This document shows positions 1-10,813 of a stretch of 64,000 nt of DNA, one piece after another (the stretch's first letter is position 1; every line of letters begins with the position of its first letter). The DNA is from Mantamonas sphyraenae STR306 (lineage: Eukaryota > Protista > CRuMs). Location: positions 372,001 to 436,000 of the forward strand of contig JAPMXV010000034.1 of the NCBI GenBank assembly GCA_026936335.1, read 5' to 3'. The notes under the pieces are model-generated. The model searched no databases. It was not told the DNA's origin and worked only from the letters and a program-made list of their open reading frames with translations. The position numbers were made by a program, and so were the translations under genes.

Positions 1-2
1 GC

Positions 3-275
3 AATCAGCCTACCACAAGTGCAAGTGCAAGTGAAGATAGGTTACCAACAACCGCAAACACACAGGAGGTCAGCGAGAACAGCAGCAGCAGCAACAGCAG
101 CACCAGCAGCACCAGCACCAGCAGCAACTCACAGGCAGTGGTGGTGGATTTGGACGCTGAACGCAAGCAAGAGAAGGAAGAGAAGCTGCGAAAGCGCAAG
201 AAATTGAAAGAAGAGATGGAGGCCAAGCGGAAGAAGGAGCTGGAGGAACAAAAGCTGGCCATGGAGGAGTGGTGA
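3..275 (+). CDS. 3' end of an unidentified gene (Ser/Thr-rich linker, then charged tail ...KRKKELEEQKLAMEEW*); 5' part is outside the window
   Basis: Open frame from position 3 to TGA 273-275 with protein-like composition; convergent with the RhoGEF stop 23 bp away. Confidence 0.6.
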   Translation, partial: NQPTTSASASEDRLPTTANTQEVSENSSSSNSSTSSTSTSSNSQAVVVDLDAERKQEKEEKLRKRKKLKEEMEAKRKKELEEQKLAMEEW

Positions 276-298
276 GGTTTTGGCGAGTGACCACAGCT

Positions 299-3200
299 TC
301 ATCCGACCCAGATCCACACATCCACACTCTCTGCCTTGTCCTGCAGAGCCTGGGCAACCATTGCAGACAAAGATTCGTCAGTAAACACTTCGCCCGAGAC
401 CACGTCGCAGATGGTGACCTCACTGCCCGCCGGGACGTCTTCCGGAAACGTCTTGGACACCATGCGGTTGAGCATGCGCACACGAATCTTGGTGGACACC
501 TGCATCAAATGCTTGCGCAATTGCTCTCCGTCTTCACGTTGCATGTTGCCGAAGCACTTGATGCGCTGCTGCGGCTTCTTTTCCGGACTCACGCCGCCCT
601 TGCCATCGTCGGCACGCGCTTTGCGTTTGGCTGCCAGTTTGGCTGCCACACGAGCCTTGACATCGAGCTCCTGGGAAGAGACGTCGCCAGCAGAGTTGGC
701 GGACGCGGTCTGCGCCGCCAGCCTCTGAGCCTGCTCCGGATTCTTCTGCGCCACGGCACGCAAGGCCATACGTCGAAAGTCACTGCTGTGGCTTGCAGCC
801 CCGCGCTCACCCATGCTGGGTGACACCGATGAGTCGCTCTCGTAGTCGCCCACATCCGACACATCGATGCTCAGATGGCGTGTGGGCGAGGAGATGTCAC
901 CACCACTGTCCGATTCTGCGTCCGTGTCGATGCTGCCCAAATCACTCAGAGCTGCACCGAGCATGTCGATATCCAGGTTGGACCCACTGCGGCGTGGGGT
1001 GTCTTCGCTGTTGCTGCTTTGCAGACCCTGGCTGTGCGTCACGCTGCTGCTTGACGACATCGTGCCAACCTCACTCTGGCTGTGCGTCAGCGTGCGGCCA
1101 AACGTGGGCTTGGTCGTCAGCGAACCCGATCGACGACGTGTAAGTCGACGCACATCCAGAAACCGCGAGTGCAGCTCTGATTCAGCCTCGGCCGCGTCTC
1201 GCACAGCCACGTGCCACTCGCCCATCGCCTCTGCTTCCCCCTCGGCAAACACCAGCTCCACCTGTGTTCCCTCAGCCCCTGCCACAGTCAAGATGCCCGC
1301 ACTTGCATCTAAGCCAACCTGTGCCCCAAGAAGCGGCACAAAGGCGTTCATCTTGTAGGTGCTGGTACTCTTGCGTGTGAACCCACTGCTGGCTGTGCTG
1401 ATCAGCAGCATGTCGTTGAAGAGAAAGGCGTACCGTGATTGGGCCTTGCCTCGTTTCCCCTTCTTGTTTGCCTTGCCTGCTTCACTCACATTGCCCTCTT
1501 TCACCAGCATGCGTCCTTCCTTTTGGATGGCCAGGTCCCCTCGGTGGTGGATGGCCTCTTCCAGGGCGCTGAGCTTGTCGCTGACCTGCTCCGCGGCTCG
1601 CTTCTCCTCGTTGATGAACGTGTTGACCTTGATCATGTCCTCCACAGCTTGCTCGAGGCCTTCGTAGTCGGGATGCTGTGGCCATGTGTGCTTGAGCATC
1701 TCTTGCAGGAGCAGTTGGTAGCGTGGCATGCGTTGGACGAGGGTGATGAGAAGTGATTGCAGATTCTGTCCCTGGCAACGCGAGTCTTGGATGGCCTGGT
1801 TGCAAAAGAGGACAAAGTCGCGGTTGACACCCTTTTGACACAGGTGTGTCCACAGACCCATGGCTGCGTCGTAATTGACAACGTATTCGGCGTACTCGGT
1901 GAACTGCTCCATCATGTCCAGGAAGAGGTCAGAAACGATGGGGCGTGTCTCTCCATCGAGGTTCCACACGCGGTTGTAGAGTCGCTTCTGGAACGGAGCA
2001 TTGATCTCGTAGATGCGCTCAAGGACGGGAGAGAACAGGGTGTCGATCTCGTCGTGTGTGAGGATGGGTGTCTCTGAATCTGCCCATTGGCGCAGAGGGA
2101 GGAGGTACACGTTGATGAGGGCGTCGAGTTGTCGTACAAAGGTGCGTTCAGATGTGAGGATCTCGCGTTCGGTCTTGCGGCGCACCTTGCGCCACTTGAG
2201 GATCTTTGCGTAGCGCTTGCGTGCCAGCTTGCCCTTGATGAGACGTTGGATGTGTGTGGCAGCGGTGTGGTCGTCCATGGGGGCGGAGAACTCGGAAAGC
2301 GTCCCTGCGAGAAGATCCACGTTGAAGGTGTCATCGTCGGCGGGAGAGGCATCATCTTCGTTGAGGGTAGAGAGGGTGGAGAGGGTGCCAGCGAGGGAGT
2401 CGACGTCAAAGCTGAACGAATCTTGGTGTGTGATGGGCGGCTGCGAGGTGTTTGCAGCGTCCTCTTCTGCTTTGCGCCTGGCCTCTGTCTCTTCTTCAGC
2501 CTTCCTCTTTGCCTCTGCTTCCTCCTCAGCCTTGCGCTTGGCCTCTGCTTCCTCCTCAGCCTTGCGCTTGGCCTCAGCCTCAGCCTCAGCTTCAGCAATC
2601 CTCTTTGCCTCGGCTTCCTCTTCAGCTTTGCGCTTGGCCTCTGCTTCAGCCTCTGCTTCAGCAATCCTCTTTGCCTCGGCTTCCTCTTCAGCTTTGCGCT
2701 TGGCCTCTGCTTCAGCCTCTGCTTCAGCAATCCTCTTTGCCTCGGCTTCCTCTTCAGCTTTGCGCTTCGCCTCAGCCTCAGCTTCAGCCTTCCTCTTTGC
2801 TTCAGCTTCTGCTTCAGCGATCTTCTTTGCTTCAGCCTCAGCCTCTGCCTTCCTCTTCGCCTCTGCTTCAGCCTCAGCTTTCCTCTTCGCCTCAGCTTCC
2901 TCCTCAGCCTTGCGCTTGGCCTCAGCTTCTGCTTCAGCGATCCTCTTTGCTTCAGCCTCAGCCTCTGCCTTCCTCTTCGCCTCTGCTTCAGCCTCAGCTT
3001 TCCTCTTCGCCTCAGCTTCAGCCTCTGCCTTCCTCTTCGCCTCAGCTTCAGCCTCTGCCTTCCTCTTCGCTTCTGCCTCAGCTTCAGCCTTCCTCTTTGC
3101 CTCTGCTTCAGCCTCGGCGATCCTCGTCGCCTCTGCCTCTGCCTCAGCCTTCCTCTTCGCCTCTGCTTCCTCTTCAGCTTTGCGCTTGGCCTCTGCTTCA

Positions 3201-5842
3201 GCCTTCCTCTTCGCCTCTGCTTCAGCCTCAGCTTTCCTCTTCGCCTCTGCCTCTTCTTCTGCCTTCCTCTTCGCTGCTGCTTCAGCCTCTGCTTTCCTCT
3301 TTGCCTCTGCTTCCTCCTCAGCCTTGCGCTTGGCCTCAGCTTCTGCTTCAGCGATCCTCTTTGCTTCAGCCTCAGCCTCTGCCTTCCTCTTCGCCTCTGC
3401 TTCAGCCTCAGCTTTCCGCTTCGCCTCAGCTTCCTCCTCAGCCTTGCGCTTGGCCTCAGCTTCTGCTTCAGCGATCCTCTTTGCTTCAGCCTCAGCCTCT
3501 GCCTTCCTCTTCGCCGCTGCTTCAGCCTCAGCTTTCCGCTTCGCCTCAGCTTCCTCCTCAGCCTTGCGCTTGGCCTCAGCTTCTGCTTCAGCGATCCTCT
3601 TTGCTTCAGCCTCAGCCTCTGCCTTCCTCTTCGCCGCTGCTTCAGCCTCAGCTTTCCTCTTCGCCTCAGCTTCAGCCTCTGCCTTCCTCTTCGCTTCTGC
3701 CTCAGTTTCAGCCTTCCTCTTTGCCTCTGCTTCAGCCTCAGCTTTCCTCTTCGCTTCTGCCTCAGCTTCAGCCTTCCTCTTCGCCTCTGCCTCTGCCTCA
3801 GCCTTCCTCTTCGCCTCTGCTTCCTCCTCAGCCTTTCGCTTGGCCTCAGCCTCAGCCTCAGCTTCAGCAATCCTCTTTGCTTCAGCCTCAGCCTCTGCCT
3901 TCCGCTTCGCCTCAGCCTCTGCCTCAGCGATCCTCTTTGCTTCTGCCTCAGCCTCTGCTTCAGAATTCCTCTTTGCTTCAGCCTCTGCTTCAGCGATCCT
4001 CTTCGCCTCTGCTTCAGCCTCTGCCTTCCTCTTTGCCTCTGCTTCCTCCTCAGCCTTGCGCTTGGCCTCAGCTTCTGCTTCAGCGATCCTCTTTGCTTCA
4101 GCCTCAGCTTCAGCCTTCCTCTTTGCCTCTGCTTCCGCCTCTGCGATCCTTTTCGCCTCTGCTTCTGCCTCTGCTTTCCTCTTCGCCTCAGCTTCCTCTT
4201 CAGCTTTGCGCTTGGCCTCTGCTTCAGCCTCAGCGATCCTCTTTGCCTCAGCCTCAGCTTCAGCAATCCTCTTCGCTTCTGCCTCTGCTTCAGCAATCCT
4301 CTTTGCTTCTGCTTCAGCCTCAGCGATCCTCTTGGCCTCAGCCTCAGCCTCTGCCTTCCTCTTCGCTTCTGCCTCAGCTTCAGCCTTCCTCTTTGCCTCT
4401 GCTTCAGCCTCGGCGATCCTCTTCGCCTCAGCCTCTGCCTCAGCCTTCCTCTTCGCCTCTGCTTCCTCCTCAGCCTTTCGCTTGGCCTCAGCCTCAGCCT
4501 CAGCTTCAGCAATCCTCTTTGCTTCAGCCTCAGCCTCTGCCTTCCGTTTCGCCTCAGCTTCCGCCTCTGCGATCCTCTTTGCTTCTGCCTCAGCCTCTGC
4601 CTTCCTCTTCGCCTCTGCCTCTGCTTCAGCCTTCCTCTTTGCTTCAGCCTCTGCCTCAGCGATCCTCTTTGCCTCAGCCTCAGCTTCAGCAATCCTCTTT
4701 GCCTCAGCCTCAGCTTCAGCAATCCTCTTTGCCTCAGCCTCAGCTTCAGCAATCCTCTTTGCCTCTGCCTCAGCCTCTGCCTTCCTCTTGGCCTCTGCCT
4801 CAGCCTCTGCCTTCCTCTTCGCTTCTGCCTCTGCTTCAGCAATCCTCTTGGCCTCTGCCTCTGCTTCAGCAATCCTCTTTGCCTCTGCTTCAGCTTCAGC
4901 CTTCCTCTTTGCCTCAGCCTCAGCCTCTGCCTTCCTCTTCGCCTCAACCTTGCGCTTCGCTTCTGCCTCTGTAGACGCCTCCCCATTAGCCTCTGCCTTA
5001 ACACTTGCGTTCTCATCATCATCAGCCTGCGGAAGGCTCCGTATCCCATGGTTCTGCAGACCATTGTCACTGTGTTTCGCTGCGGCCTCCCCACCACTCT
5101 CCATGACACCCCCATGTGCCCGTGCAATCGACGACGCTCGTTCCCGCTCCATTTCCAACAATTCGTCGTTCGCCCTGCTTTCCCTGACACGCCGTGACCT
5201 TTCCTTGTCTGCTGCCTGATGCGAAGCCAACAGCCCCTCCCACTTTGCTGCCGTTCCACCGCCCTTGACCAGTACTTTGGCCGTCTCAGGCTCCTCCACC
5301 TCTACTTCTACCTGTTTGCCATTTTGCTGACGTCCGACGCGTGGCGGTGCTTGGATATGCACTTCCTGTGCCGCCGCGTTCTTTGTCACTTCCGACTGTG
5401 CATGATCGCCAGGCTGCTCACCACTGGAGACCTCGGCTTGTGGTTCCATGCCACTCTCTTCTCCTTCACTCCATGGTGTACTGGCCACCTGTTTGTTCGC
5501 CAGCTCGGCCACTACCCTTGCCTTGCCTGGGTTCTCCTTTTTTGTGCGACGTCGTCGTCTCCCTCTCTTCCGCCGCCCTTTGCTCGTCGCCCCCGCTTCT
5601 TGCTCTGGCTTTGCCGCCTCCTCGTTGCCCCTATGTACATTCAACGACATTGGAAACGTCTGTTGCATCACCAGCTCGTTCAGGTTGCGTTCAAACAACT
5701 CCAGCGGGTCCTTGGCCTGCAAGTCCGTCGCGTTCAGCACCTTGTGAAGGGCCTGTAGCCGCCCGCTCCGTACATGTCGCATGTCCAATGACGACATGAC
5801 ACCCATCAGTGTCAGCACCCGTTTGTGGTGCTCCTCCGTCAT
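299..5842 (-). CDS. Rho guanine nucleotide exchange factor: long AEAEAEAKR(K/I) helical repeat, IQ motif, DH and PH domains, possible PB1-like C-terminus; 5' end uncertain
   Basis: DH hallmarks EILTSERTFVRQL and LQSLLITLVQRMPRYQLLLQEMLKHT; PH motif RYAFLFNDMLLIS; IQ-like AATHIQRLIKGKLARKRY. Confidence 0.9.
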   Translation of the reverse strand: MTEEHHKRVLTLMGVMSSLDMRHVRSGRLQALHKVLNATDLQAKDPLELFERNLNELVMQQTFPMSLNVHRGNEEAAKPEQEAGATSKGRRKRGRRRRRTKKENPGKARVVAELANKQVASTPWSEGEESGMEPQAEVSSGEQPGDHAQSEVTKNAAAQEVHIQAPPRVGRQQNGKQVEVEVEEPETAKVLVKGGGTAAKWEGLLASHQAADKERSRRVRESRANDELLEMERERASSIARAHGGVMESGGEAAAKHSDNGLQNHGIRSLPQADDDENASVKAEANGEASTEAEAKRKVEAKRKAEAEAEAKRKAEAEAEAKRIAEAEAEAKRIAEAEAEAKRKAEAEAEAKRKAEAEAEAKRIAEAEAEAKRIAEAEAEAKRIAEAEAEAKRIAEAEAEAKRKAEAEAEAKRKAEAEAEAKRIAEAEAEAKRKAEAEAEAKRIAEAEAEAEAKRKAEEEAEAKRKAEAEAEAKRIAEAEAEAKRKAEAEAEAKRKAEAEAEAKRIAEAEAEAKRIAEAEAEAKRIAEAEAEAKRIAEAEAEAKRKAEEEAEAKRKAEAEAEAKRIAEAEAEAKRKAEAEAEAKRIAEAEAEAKRKAEEEAEAKRKAEAEAEAKRIAEAEAEAKRNSEAEAEAEAKRIAEAEAEAKRKAEAEAEAKRIAEAEAEAEAKRKAEEEAEAKRKAEAEAEAKRKAEAEAEAKRKAEAEAEAKRKAETEAEAKRKAEAEAEAKRKAEAEAAAKRKAEAEAEAKRIAEAEAEAKRKAEEEAEAKRKAEAEAAAKRKAEAEAEAKRIAEAEAEAKRKAEEEAEAKRKAEAEAEAKRKAEAEAEAKRIAEAEAEAKRKAEEEAEAKRKAEAEAAAKRKAEEEAEAKRKAEAEAEAKRKAEAEAKRKAEEEAEAKRKAEAEAEATRIAEAEAEAKRKAEAEAEAKRKAEAEAEAKRKAEAEAEAKRKAEAEAEAKRKAEAEAEAKRIAEAEAEAKRKAEEEAEAKRKAEAEAEAKRKAEAEAEAKKIAEAEAEAKRKAEAEAEAKRKAEEEAEAKRIAEAEAEAEAKRKAEEEAEAKRIAEAEAEAEAKRKAEEEAEAKRIAEAEAEAEAKRKAEEEAEAKRKAEEEAEAKRKAEEETEARRKAEEDAANTSQPPITHQDSFSFDVDSLAGTLSTLSTLNEDDASPADDDTFNVDLLAGTLSEFSAPMDDHTAATHIQRLIKGKLARKRYAKILKWRKVRRKTEREILTSERTFVRQLDALINVYLLPLRQWADSETPILTHDEIDTLFSPVLERIYEINAPFQKRLYNRVWNLDGETRPIVSDLFLDMMEQFTEYAEYVVNYDAAMGLWTHLCQKGVNRDFVLFCNQAIQDSRCQGQNLQSLLITLVQRMPRYQLLLQEMLKHTWPQHPDYEGLEQAVEDMIKVNTFINEEKRAAEQVSDKLSALEEAIHHRGDLAIQKEGRMLVKEGNVSEAGKANKKGKRGKAQSRYAFLFNDMLLISTASSGFTRKSTSTYKMNAFVPLLGAQVGLDASAGILTVAGAEGTQVELVFAEGEAEAMGEWHVAVRDAAEAESELHSRFLDVRRLTRRRSGSLTTKPTFGRTLTHSQSEVGTMSSSSSVTHSQGLQSSNSEDTPRRSGSNLDIDMLGAALSDLGSIDTDAESDSGGDISSPTRHLSIDVSDVGDYESDSSVSPSMGERGAASHSSDFRRMALRAVAQKNPEQAQRLAAQTASANSAGDVSSQELDVKARVAAKLAAKRKARADDGKGGVSPEKKPQQRIKCFGNMQREDGEQLRKHLMQVSTKIRVRMLNRMVSKTFPEDVPAGSEVTICDVVSGEVFTDESLSAMVAQALQDKAESVDVWIWVG
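2465..4968 (-). repeat. Coding minisatellite, 30-nt unit (10 aa AEAEAEAKRK/I), roughly 80 copies with synonymous variation
   Basis: Directly visible tandem repeat; it explains the long spurious ORFs in five other frames. Confidence 0.97.
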
Positions 5843-6400
5843 GGTTCGGATTCCTCCTGCTCCACCCGCGCAATTGCACGGCGATTGTCACATGCAGAGC
5901 AAAGAACACAGAACACACACACTCGAGCTCACGGACACGACACACTCAGGTACTCCTCTCTGTGGTGCCGATGAACACCGGCGTGGTCACTGTCTGCACG
6001 CACGCATCCACGGAAAAAACTCTGCACAGCACGCTGACCCCCAGCACAGATGTCCCGCAAGCGAGACGCAGACAAGCAGTACCGGCGTGAAGACGTCGAA
6101 GCAGGTGCCATGGAGGCCGAAGAGGTCGACCCTGGAGACTGGGCCTCCCAGGCTCGCGCAAAGCCCGAGGTGCTTGCAGGACGCCGGTATGTTTGACTGT
6201 CCCCATACACCTCTCAGCCACTGCAGTTCCGCCACCAGCCTCCTTTGGCACTGAAACCACGAGCGCACACCTTTTGGTGTGTGTTCCCACTCTCGGGCCC
6301 GGTTGCTGCTCGCATTTGTGATGACCCGCTTACACCTCGATTCCCCCGGGACACGCTACGCAGCATTGTACGCCGCCGTCGAAACAAGGACAAGCGAGGC

Positions 6401-8713
6401 ATGGACACAGAAGCACCCGTTGCCAAGGCCACTGCCACGCCTGCGGAGACGCCTGCCGAAAAGGCGGCTGTTCTCGCGGCCACCGAAGAGCCAGCTCCTG
6501 CAGCGCACGTCGTCAAGCGCAGCCGCTTCAACAGAGGCAACTCTGATGCAGGCACTACGTCTGCAACATCGTCCTCCTCTTCCTCCTCCTCTTCCTCCTC
6601 TTCCTCTTCCTCCTCCTCCTCCTCCTCCTCCTCCTCCTCTTCTTCCGCAGCTGCTGCTGCAGTCCGCGCAGGGGGCGCGGTTGCGACAAAACCCAGCCCG
6701 TCAAGCCGCTTCAAGGCCAAGGGCAGCTTTGCAATCGGCAAGGGCAAACCCCAGGCTGCTTCGGAGCAGGGAGCAGCCAGGCGTCGCTTCGGCAAGCGCC
6801 CGTCGGCCTCCACTGCGTCTGCGGTGACTGCAGAAACATCTGCCGAGAAGCGCGCGCTCGATCCGGAGGCACAGGAAACCCCTGTGGACAGCGACAAGAA
6901 GCGCAGCCGAGTCGCTGATGCCAGTCCAAGGACTCCGGCACCCACTTTGCATTCGTCTGCATCCCAATCTGCGATGGTGCAGCTGACACCTCACACACCG
7001 CATGACAAGATTGAGGAAGCAGTCACCAATCTTTTTGCCTCCCCCATTCAATTCCATGGGGCAAGCACATCTTCCTCCTCCTCCACCACGGCCTCCACAG
7101 CCTCTTCCTCCACTTCCTCCGCCACTGCTGCATCCTCCACCGCCATCACAGAGAAGCAGGCGCCTCGGTCGCGCTTCAACCGCAAGCGCACAGACGCAGC
7201 GGAGCCCAGCACAACCACAACCACAACCACAACCACACCCGCATCCACCGTCACAACGGACAAGCCGGCACCTCGGTCACGTTTCAACCGCAAGACAGCA
7301 CAGGCGGTGGAAAGCGAAAGCAAAGGCGGTTCAACAACAACAACGGCAAATGCAAACAAGGGCAAGGAGGACGACAATGAGGATGACATTGCCCTGGAGA
7401 AAGCCCCGCGCGGCCTGCAACTTGCACGCAAGACAGGCGCGGGCAGTGACGACGCAGCCGCAAAGGAGGAGCAGCCGAAAACCACTGCGCCCCGCAGCCG
7501 TTTCGGACGCAAGGCTGCCGCCGCCGCTGCCGCTGCAGGTGACAAGGCTGCTGAAGAGACGACACAAGCACAGGCGGCCAAGCAGATGAGCCCGAAGAAG
7601 GGCGGGTCTCGTTTTGGACGCCCACCCGCAGCCAAGGCCGCAGAGGCATCGGCCAGCAGCAGCGCCACCGAGGCCAAGGGCAACGATGACAGTGCAGAGC
7701 AACAGAAGCGCAAGAGTCGATTCAGTGGCACACGCAACCGCTTTGGAAAGCGGACTGCAGACGCGTCGGCACTGGCGGACATCAAGGCGAAGAAGGAGCA
7801 CGTGATGCCCAAGGTGAGCGAGAACGACGACGACGAAGACGACGCAGACGACAAACCTGTGAAGCCGGGCCGTTTCGCGCGCGCTCGTGCGGCAGCAAAG
7901 GCCAAGGCCGCCGAGGCTGGTGGGGATGAAACTCCCGAAGTGCGCAAGGGCCGCTTTTCGTCGTTCAAAACCAAGCAGACGAAGCAGAAGAACGAAAATG
8001 AGGAGAGCAGCAGCAACAGCAGCAGCACTACCCCTACCACCACCACCACCACACCCACGGAAAGCAGCAGCGGCAGCGGTGCTGGAGAAGCTGGCACAGA
8101 CAGCGCCGAAGGCACAGGCTCCACAGGTCGGAAGAAGCGCGTGTTCAAGTTTGGCCACAAGGCAAGCGGAGGCAAGAAGCTGAACATGAAGTCTGCAGGG
8201 GAGGCGACGGCCAACGCGTCAACTTCCAACGGAAGCGAGGGGTCGCCCAGCCCGCAGAAGAAGAAGAAGGAGTACAAACTGGTTGCAGGAAACGCGCTTC
8301 CCAGTGGCGAAGAGGACGACGAACAGCTGTTGGTGGCACGCATCAAGCTGTTCCAGCTGGCCAAGAAGGGTGGCGACGAGGGCGAAGGCGAGGCGAACGA
8401 GGGCAACGAACAGGCAAGCGGTAAACCCACGTGGCAGGAGAAAGGCGTGTGTATGCTGCGCCTCAACAAGACCAAGGAAGGGGCACTGCGCATTGTGGTG
8501 CGCGAGCAAAAGACGTCCAAGGTGCGCGCAAACATTCGCCTTAACAAGCACTGCAAACTCAAGGCAGAGGGCACAAAGATGCACACTCTGGCCGTTATTT
8601 CATCCAAGGACGGCAAACCACACGTAACCCACTACCTGTTCAAGTCGTCGTCGAAGGAGGACGCGCAGGAGTTGAAGGCGGCGCTGGAAAAGGCGCTCGC
8701 ATCGCTGCAATGA
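6401..8713 (+). CDS. RanBP1/Ran-binding-domain protein with a long disordered N-terminus (Nup50/Nup2/RanBP3-like)
   Basis: C-terminal RanBD motifs SGEEDDEQLLVARIKLF, WQEKGVCMLRLN, LRIVVRE, VRANIRL; first ATG at 6401. Confidence 0.8.
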   Translation: MDTEAPVAKATATPAETPAEKAAVLAATEEPAPAAHVVKRSRFNRGNSDAGTTSATSSSSSSSSSSSSSSSSSSSSSSSSSSAAAAAVRAGGAVATKPSPSSRFKAKGSFAIGKGKPQAASEQGAARRRFGKRPSASTASAVTAETSAEKRALDPEAQETPVDSDKKRSRVADASPRTPAPTLHSSASQSAMVQLTPHTPHDKIEEAVTNLFASPIQFHGASTSSSSSTTASTASSSTSSATAASSTAITEKQAPRSRFNRKRTDAAEPSTTTTTTTTTPASTVTTDKPAPRSRFNRKTAQAVESESKGGSTTTTANANKGKEDDNEDDIALEKAPRGLQLARKTGAGSDDAAAKEEQPKTTAPRSRFGRKAAAAAAAAGDKAAEETTQAQAAKQMSPKKGGSRFGRPPAAKAAEASASSSATEAKGNDDSAEQQKRKSRFSGTRNRFGKRTADASALADIKAKKEHVMPKVSENDDDEDDADDKPVKPGRFARARAAAKAKAAEAGGDETPEVRKGRFSSFKTKQTKQKNENEESSSNSSSTTPTTTTTTPTESSSGSGAGEAGTDSAEGTGSTGRKKRVFKFGHKASGGKKLNMKSAGEATANASTSNGSEGSPSPQKKKKEYKLVAGNALPSGEEDDEQLLVARIKLFQLAKKGGDEGEGEANEGNEQASGKPTWQEKGVCMLRLNKTKEGALRIVVREQKTSKVRANIRLNKHCKLKAEGTKMHTLAVISSKDGKPHVTHYLFKSSSKEDAQELKAALEKALASLQ

Positions 8714-9342
8714 AACCCAGGCCAGGACGGGATGCGCATGTGCTTGCTTTCCTTGTTGTGTTGCCCATGATAGCCCTGCTCGTGGTGCCAGTGCCGGCTG
8801 CGGACGATTCGTACGACGACCTGGCGTACGAGTTGGAAGACAAGGCACGAGCGGTGTGTTTGACTGTGGTGACGCGTCGAAAGGAAAGCGAAGCAGCATG
8901 CGACGCGTACTCACAGGCGTGGGAGGCTGTGGCAGCCGATCAGGTGCCGTCTGTGCTGCAGTACTTTGGACTCTCGGCCGAGACCTTTCGGAAGCGCGCT
9001 GCGCAGTTCCCGCACAAGCAAATCATCGAGAAGCGCATGCACAGCCTGCTGACTCGCATGATGGAAGACAGGAACATGACTCGGGTGGTGGAGGATGTAA
9101 ACACCGCCCTGTACCGCTGGTTGGTGGACACGTCGCTGGGCAAGGCGGGGTTCACCACCACCGACGGCATGCAGGGCGTCGCAGAAGAGCTGGACTTGGA
9201 CGAAATGCGCATCAGTGGCGAGGGGGGCATTGACAAGGTCGACAAGAAGACAGAGCGACTGTTGCGGTCGCAGCAGGAGGCAAACAAGGATCGCAAGGAC
9301 GGCGAAGCCTACGACAGCGCAGCGGACTCGGATGGCATGTGA
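8710..9342 (+). CDS. Hypothetical secreted or ER protein, 210 aa, with an N-terminal signal-like segment
   Basis: Hydrophobic stretch VLAFLVVLPMIALLVVPVPA; gene-like codon usage; ATG overlaps the upstream TGA (ATGA 8710-8713). An alternative start exists at 8767. Confidence 0.65.
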   Translation: MKPRPGRDAHVLAFLVVLPMIALLVVPVPAADDSYDDLAYELEDKARAVCLTVVTRRKESEAACDAYSQAWEAVAADQVPSVLQYFGLSAETFRKRAAQFPHKQIIEKRMHSLLTRMMEDRNMTRVVEDVNTALYRWLVDTSLGKAGFTTTDGMQGVAEELDLDEMRISGEGGIDKVDKKTERLLRSQQEANKDRKDGEAYDSAADSDGM

Positions 9343-9466
9343 CGACGACGACGGCAAAGCAAAAGGTGGGTGTTGGTCACAGGGGGCGGAATGTATTCTT
9401 CGTTCTGGCCTCCACGACGCCTCGCACTGTCCAGGCAGGGTCGCCACCAACGGCGACGGAAGGAAA

Positions 9467-9660
9467 TTACAAGTTCTTGATGATCTCCTGCTGCTCCTGG
9501 GTCTCGCGAGCAATCTTGGCTCTCCTGGCCTCCTCCTGCTCGCGCTTCTGGGCGTCCTTCTTGGCCTTCTTGGCCTTGTTCTCAGCCACAGAGGTGGAAT
9601 GGAAATCCGCTCCAGAAACAGACACGGGCTTGACGTTGGCCTTGGGGCGGCTGTTGCTGC

Positions 9661-9701
<41 letters not shown>

Positions 9702-10813
9702 CTGTTCTTCTTCTTGAGAGCAGCCTCCAGCTCGATGACGCGTGCCTTGAGGCGGTTGATCTCGCGCTGGTCCTTGTTGCTGCTGCCCGAGGAGGAAGCC
9801 TTGGGGCTAGCCGGCGGCGAGGCAGGGCGGGCCGTGGCCTGGTTCTGCTTCTGGATCTGGTCGGCACGGCGGTTGGCGTTCTCCACCTCCTTCTCCAGGA
9901 TGCGCACGCGACGCTGGTTGGAGGCGTTCTCCTGCTCAAAGCGAGCACGCTCCTTCTCGGCGGTGTCCAGCTTCTGCTTGGTCATCTCCAGCACCTTCTC
10001 CGTGTTGCTCCTGTGGGTTGCGCAGTACGGTTGCATTAGACGCTTTGGGTGTCAGCAGGTGTGGCGGTGTGCGGCGGGTGGGGTGGTATGGGGGGCAAGG
10101 CAAAAAGAGGGCTTCCGATTTTCCCTCTTCCACGTCACGCACATGAAATTGGCCTTCTTCATGGGCAGCGAGTACACGTAGGTGTAGAGGCCGAGCAGGA
10201 GCACATTGGGCACAAGAGCGATCTGCAGGCTGGTGTTGAACTTGCTCATCAGAGACATCACAAGCACAAACGTGGCCACGCCAAACTGAGCGATGCCGCC
10301 CTCGAGAACAGCGCGCTTGCTCTTGTTCTCGTTGGTGTTTCGCACGCTGTACAGCAGCCATGCCAGGCCCACATACGAGGCACCCAGCATGCGCAGCACA
10401 GTGTCGGTTCTGTATGTGTGTGTGTGCACATCCCACCGTCCGTGTCAGTCTCGTCGTGCACGCTAGAGCCTGCATGTCGTCAACGGCCAAAATCACGGGT
10501 ACCCCCCCCCCTTTCGCAACACTCGTCACCCTCTGCCTGCTGAACCGCACATGCAATTCATGTTTGCGATGCACCACGGTCCACAATGCGAGAGGACACA
10601 CACACATGAGGTGCACCCGGGCAAAGGCTGACCCGGGATGGCCGTGCAGGAGCCTGGAAAGGGATGGTTCAAGGGCAAAGCCGTCAAGCGCGAAACCTAC
10701 CCAGGAGCACGCTCCTTGACCAACTCGGCAATGACAAACTCGGGGGCCAGGCAGTTGACGCCCACAAAGCCCAGAACACCGCTGACAGCGAGGGTAGCAG
10801 TCGAGAAATCCAT
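9467..10813 (-). CDS. Multi-pass membrane protein with C-terminal coiled coil, about 307 aa; exons 10813-10701, 10409-10143, 10010-9467
   Basis: GT-AG introns join three ORF pieces in consistent phase; about 4 hydrophobic helices followed by a charged heptad region. Confidence 0.6.

Noticed and set aside
1912-5259. Several 800-1100 aa ORFs in other frames
   Set aside because: Shadows of the stop-free 30-nt coding repeat
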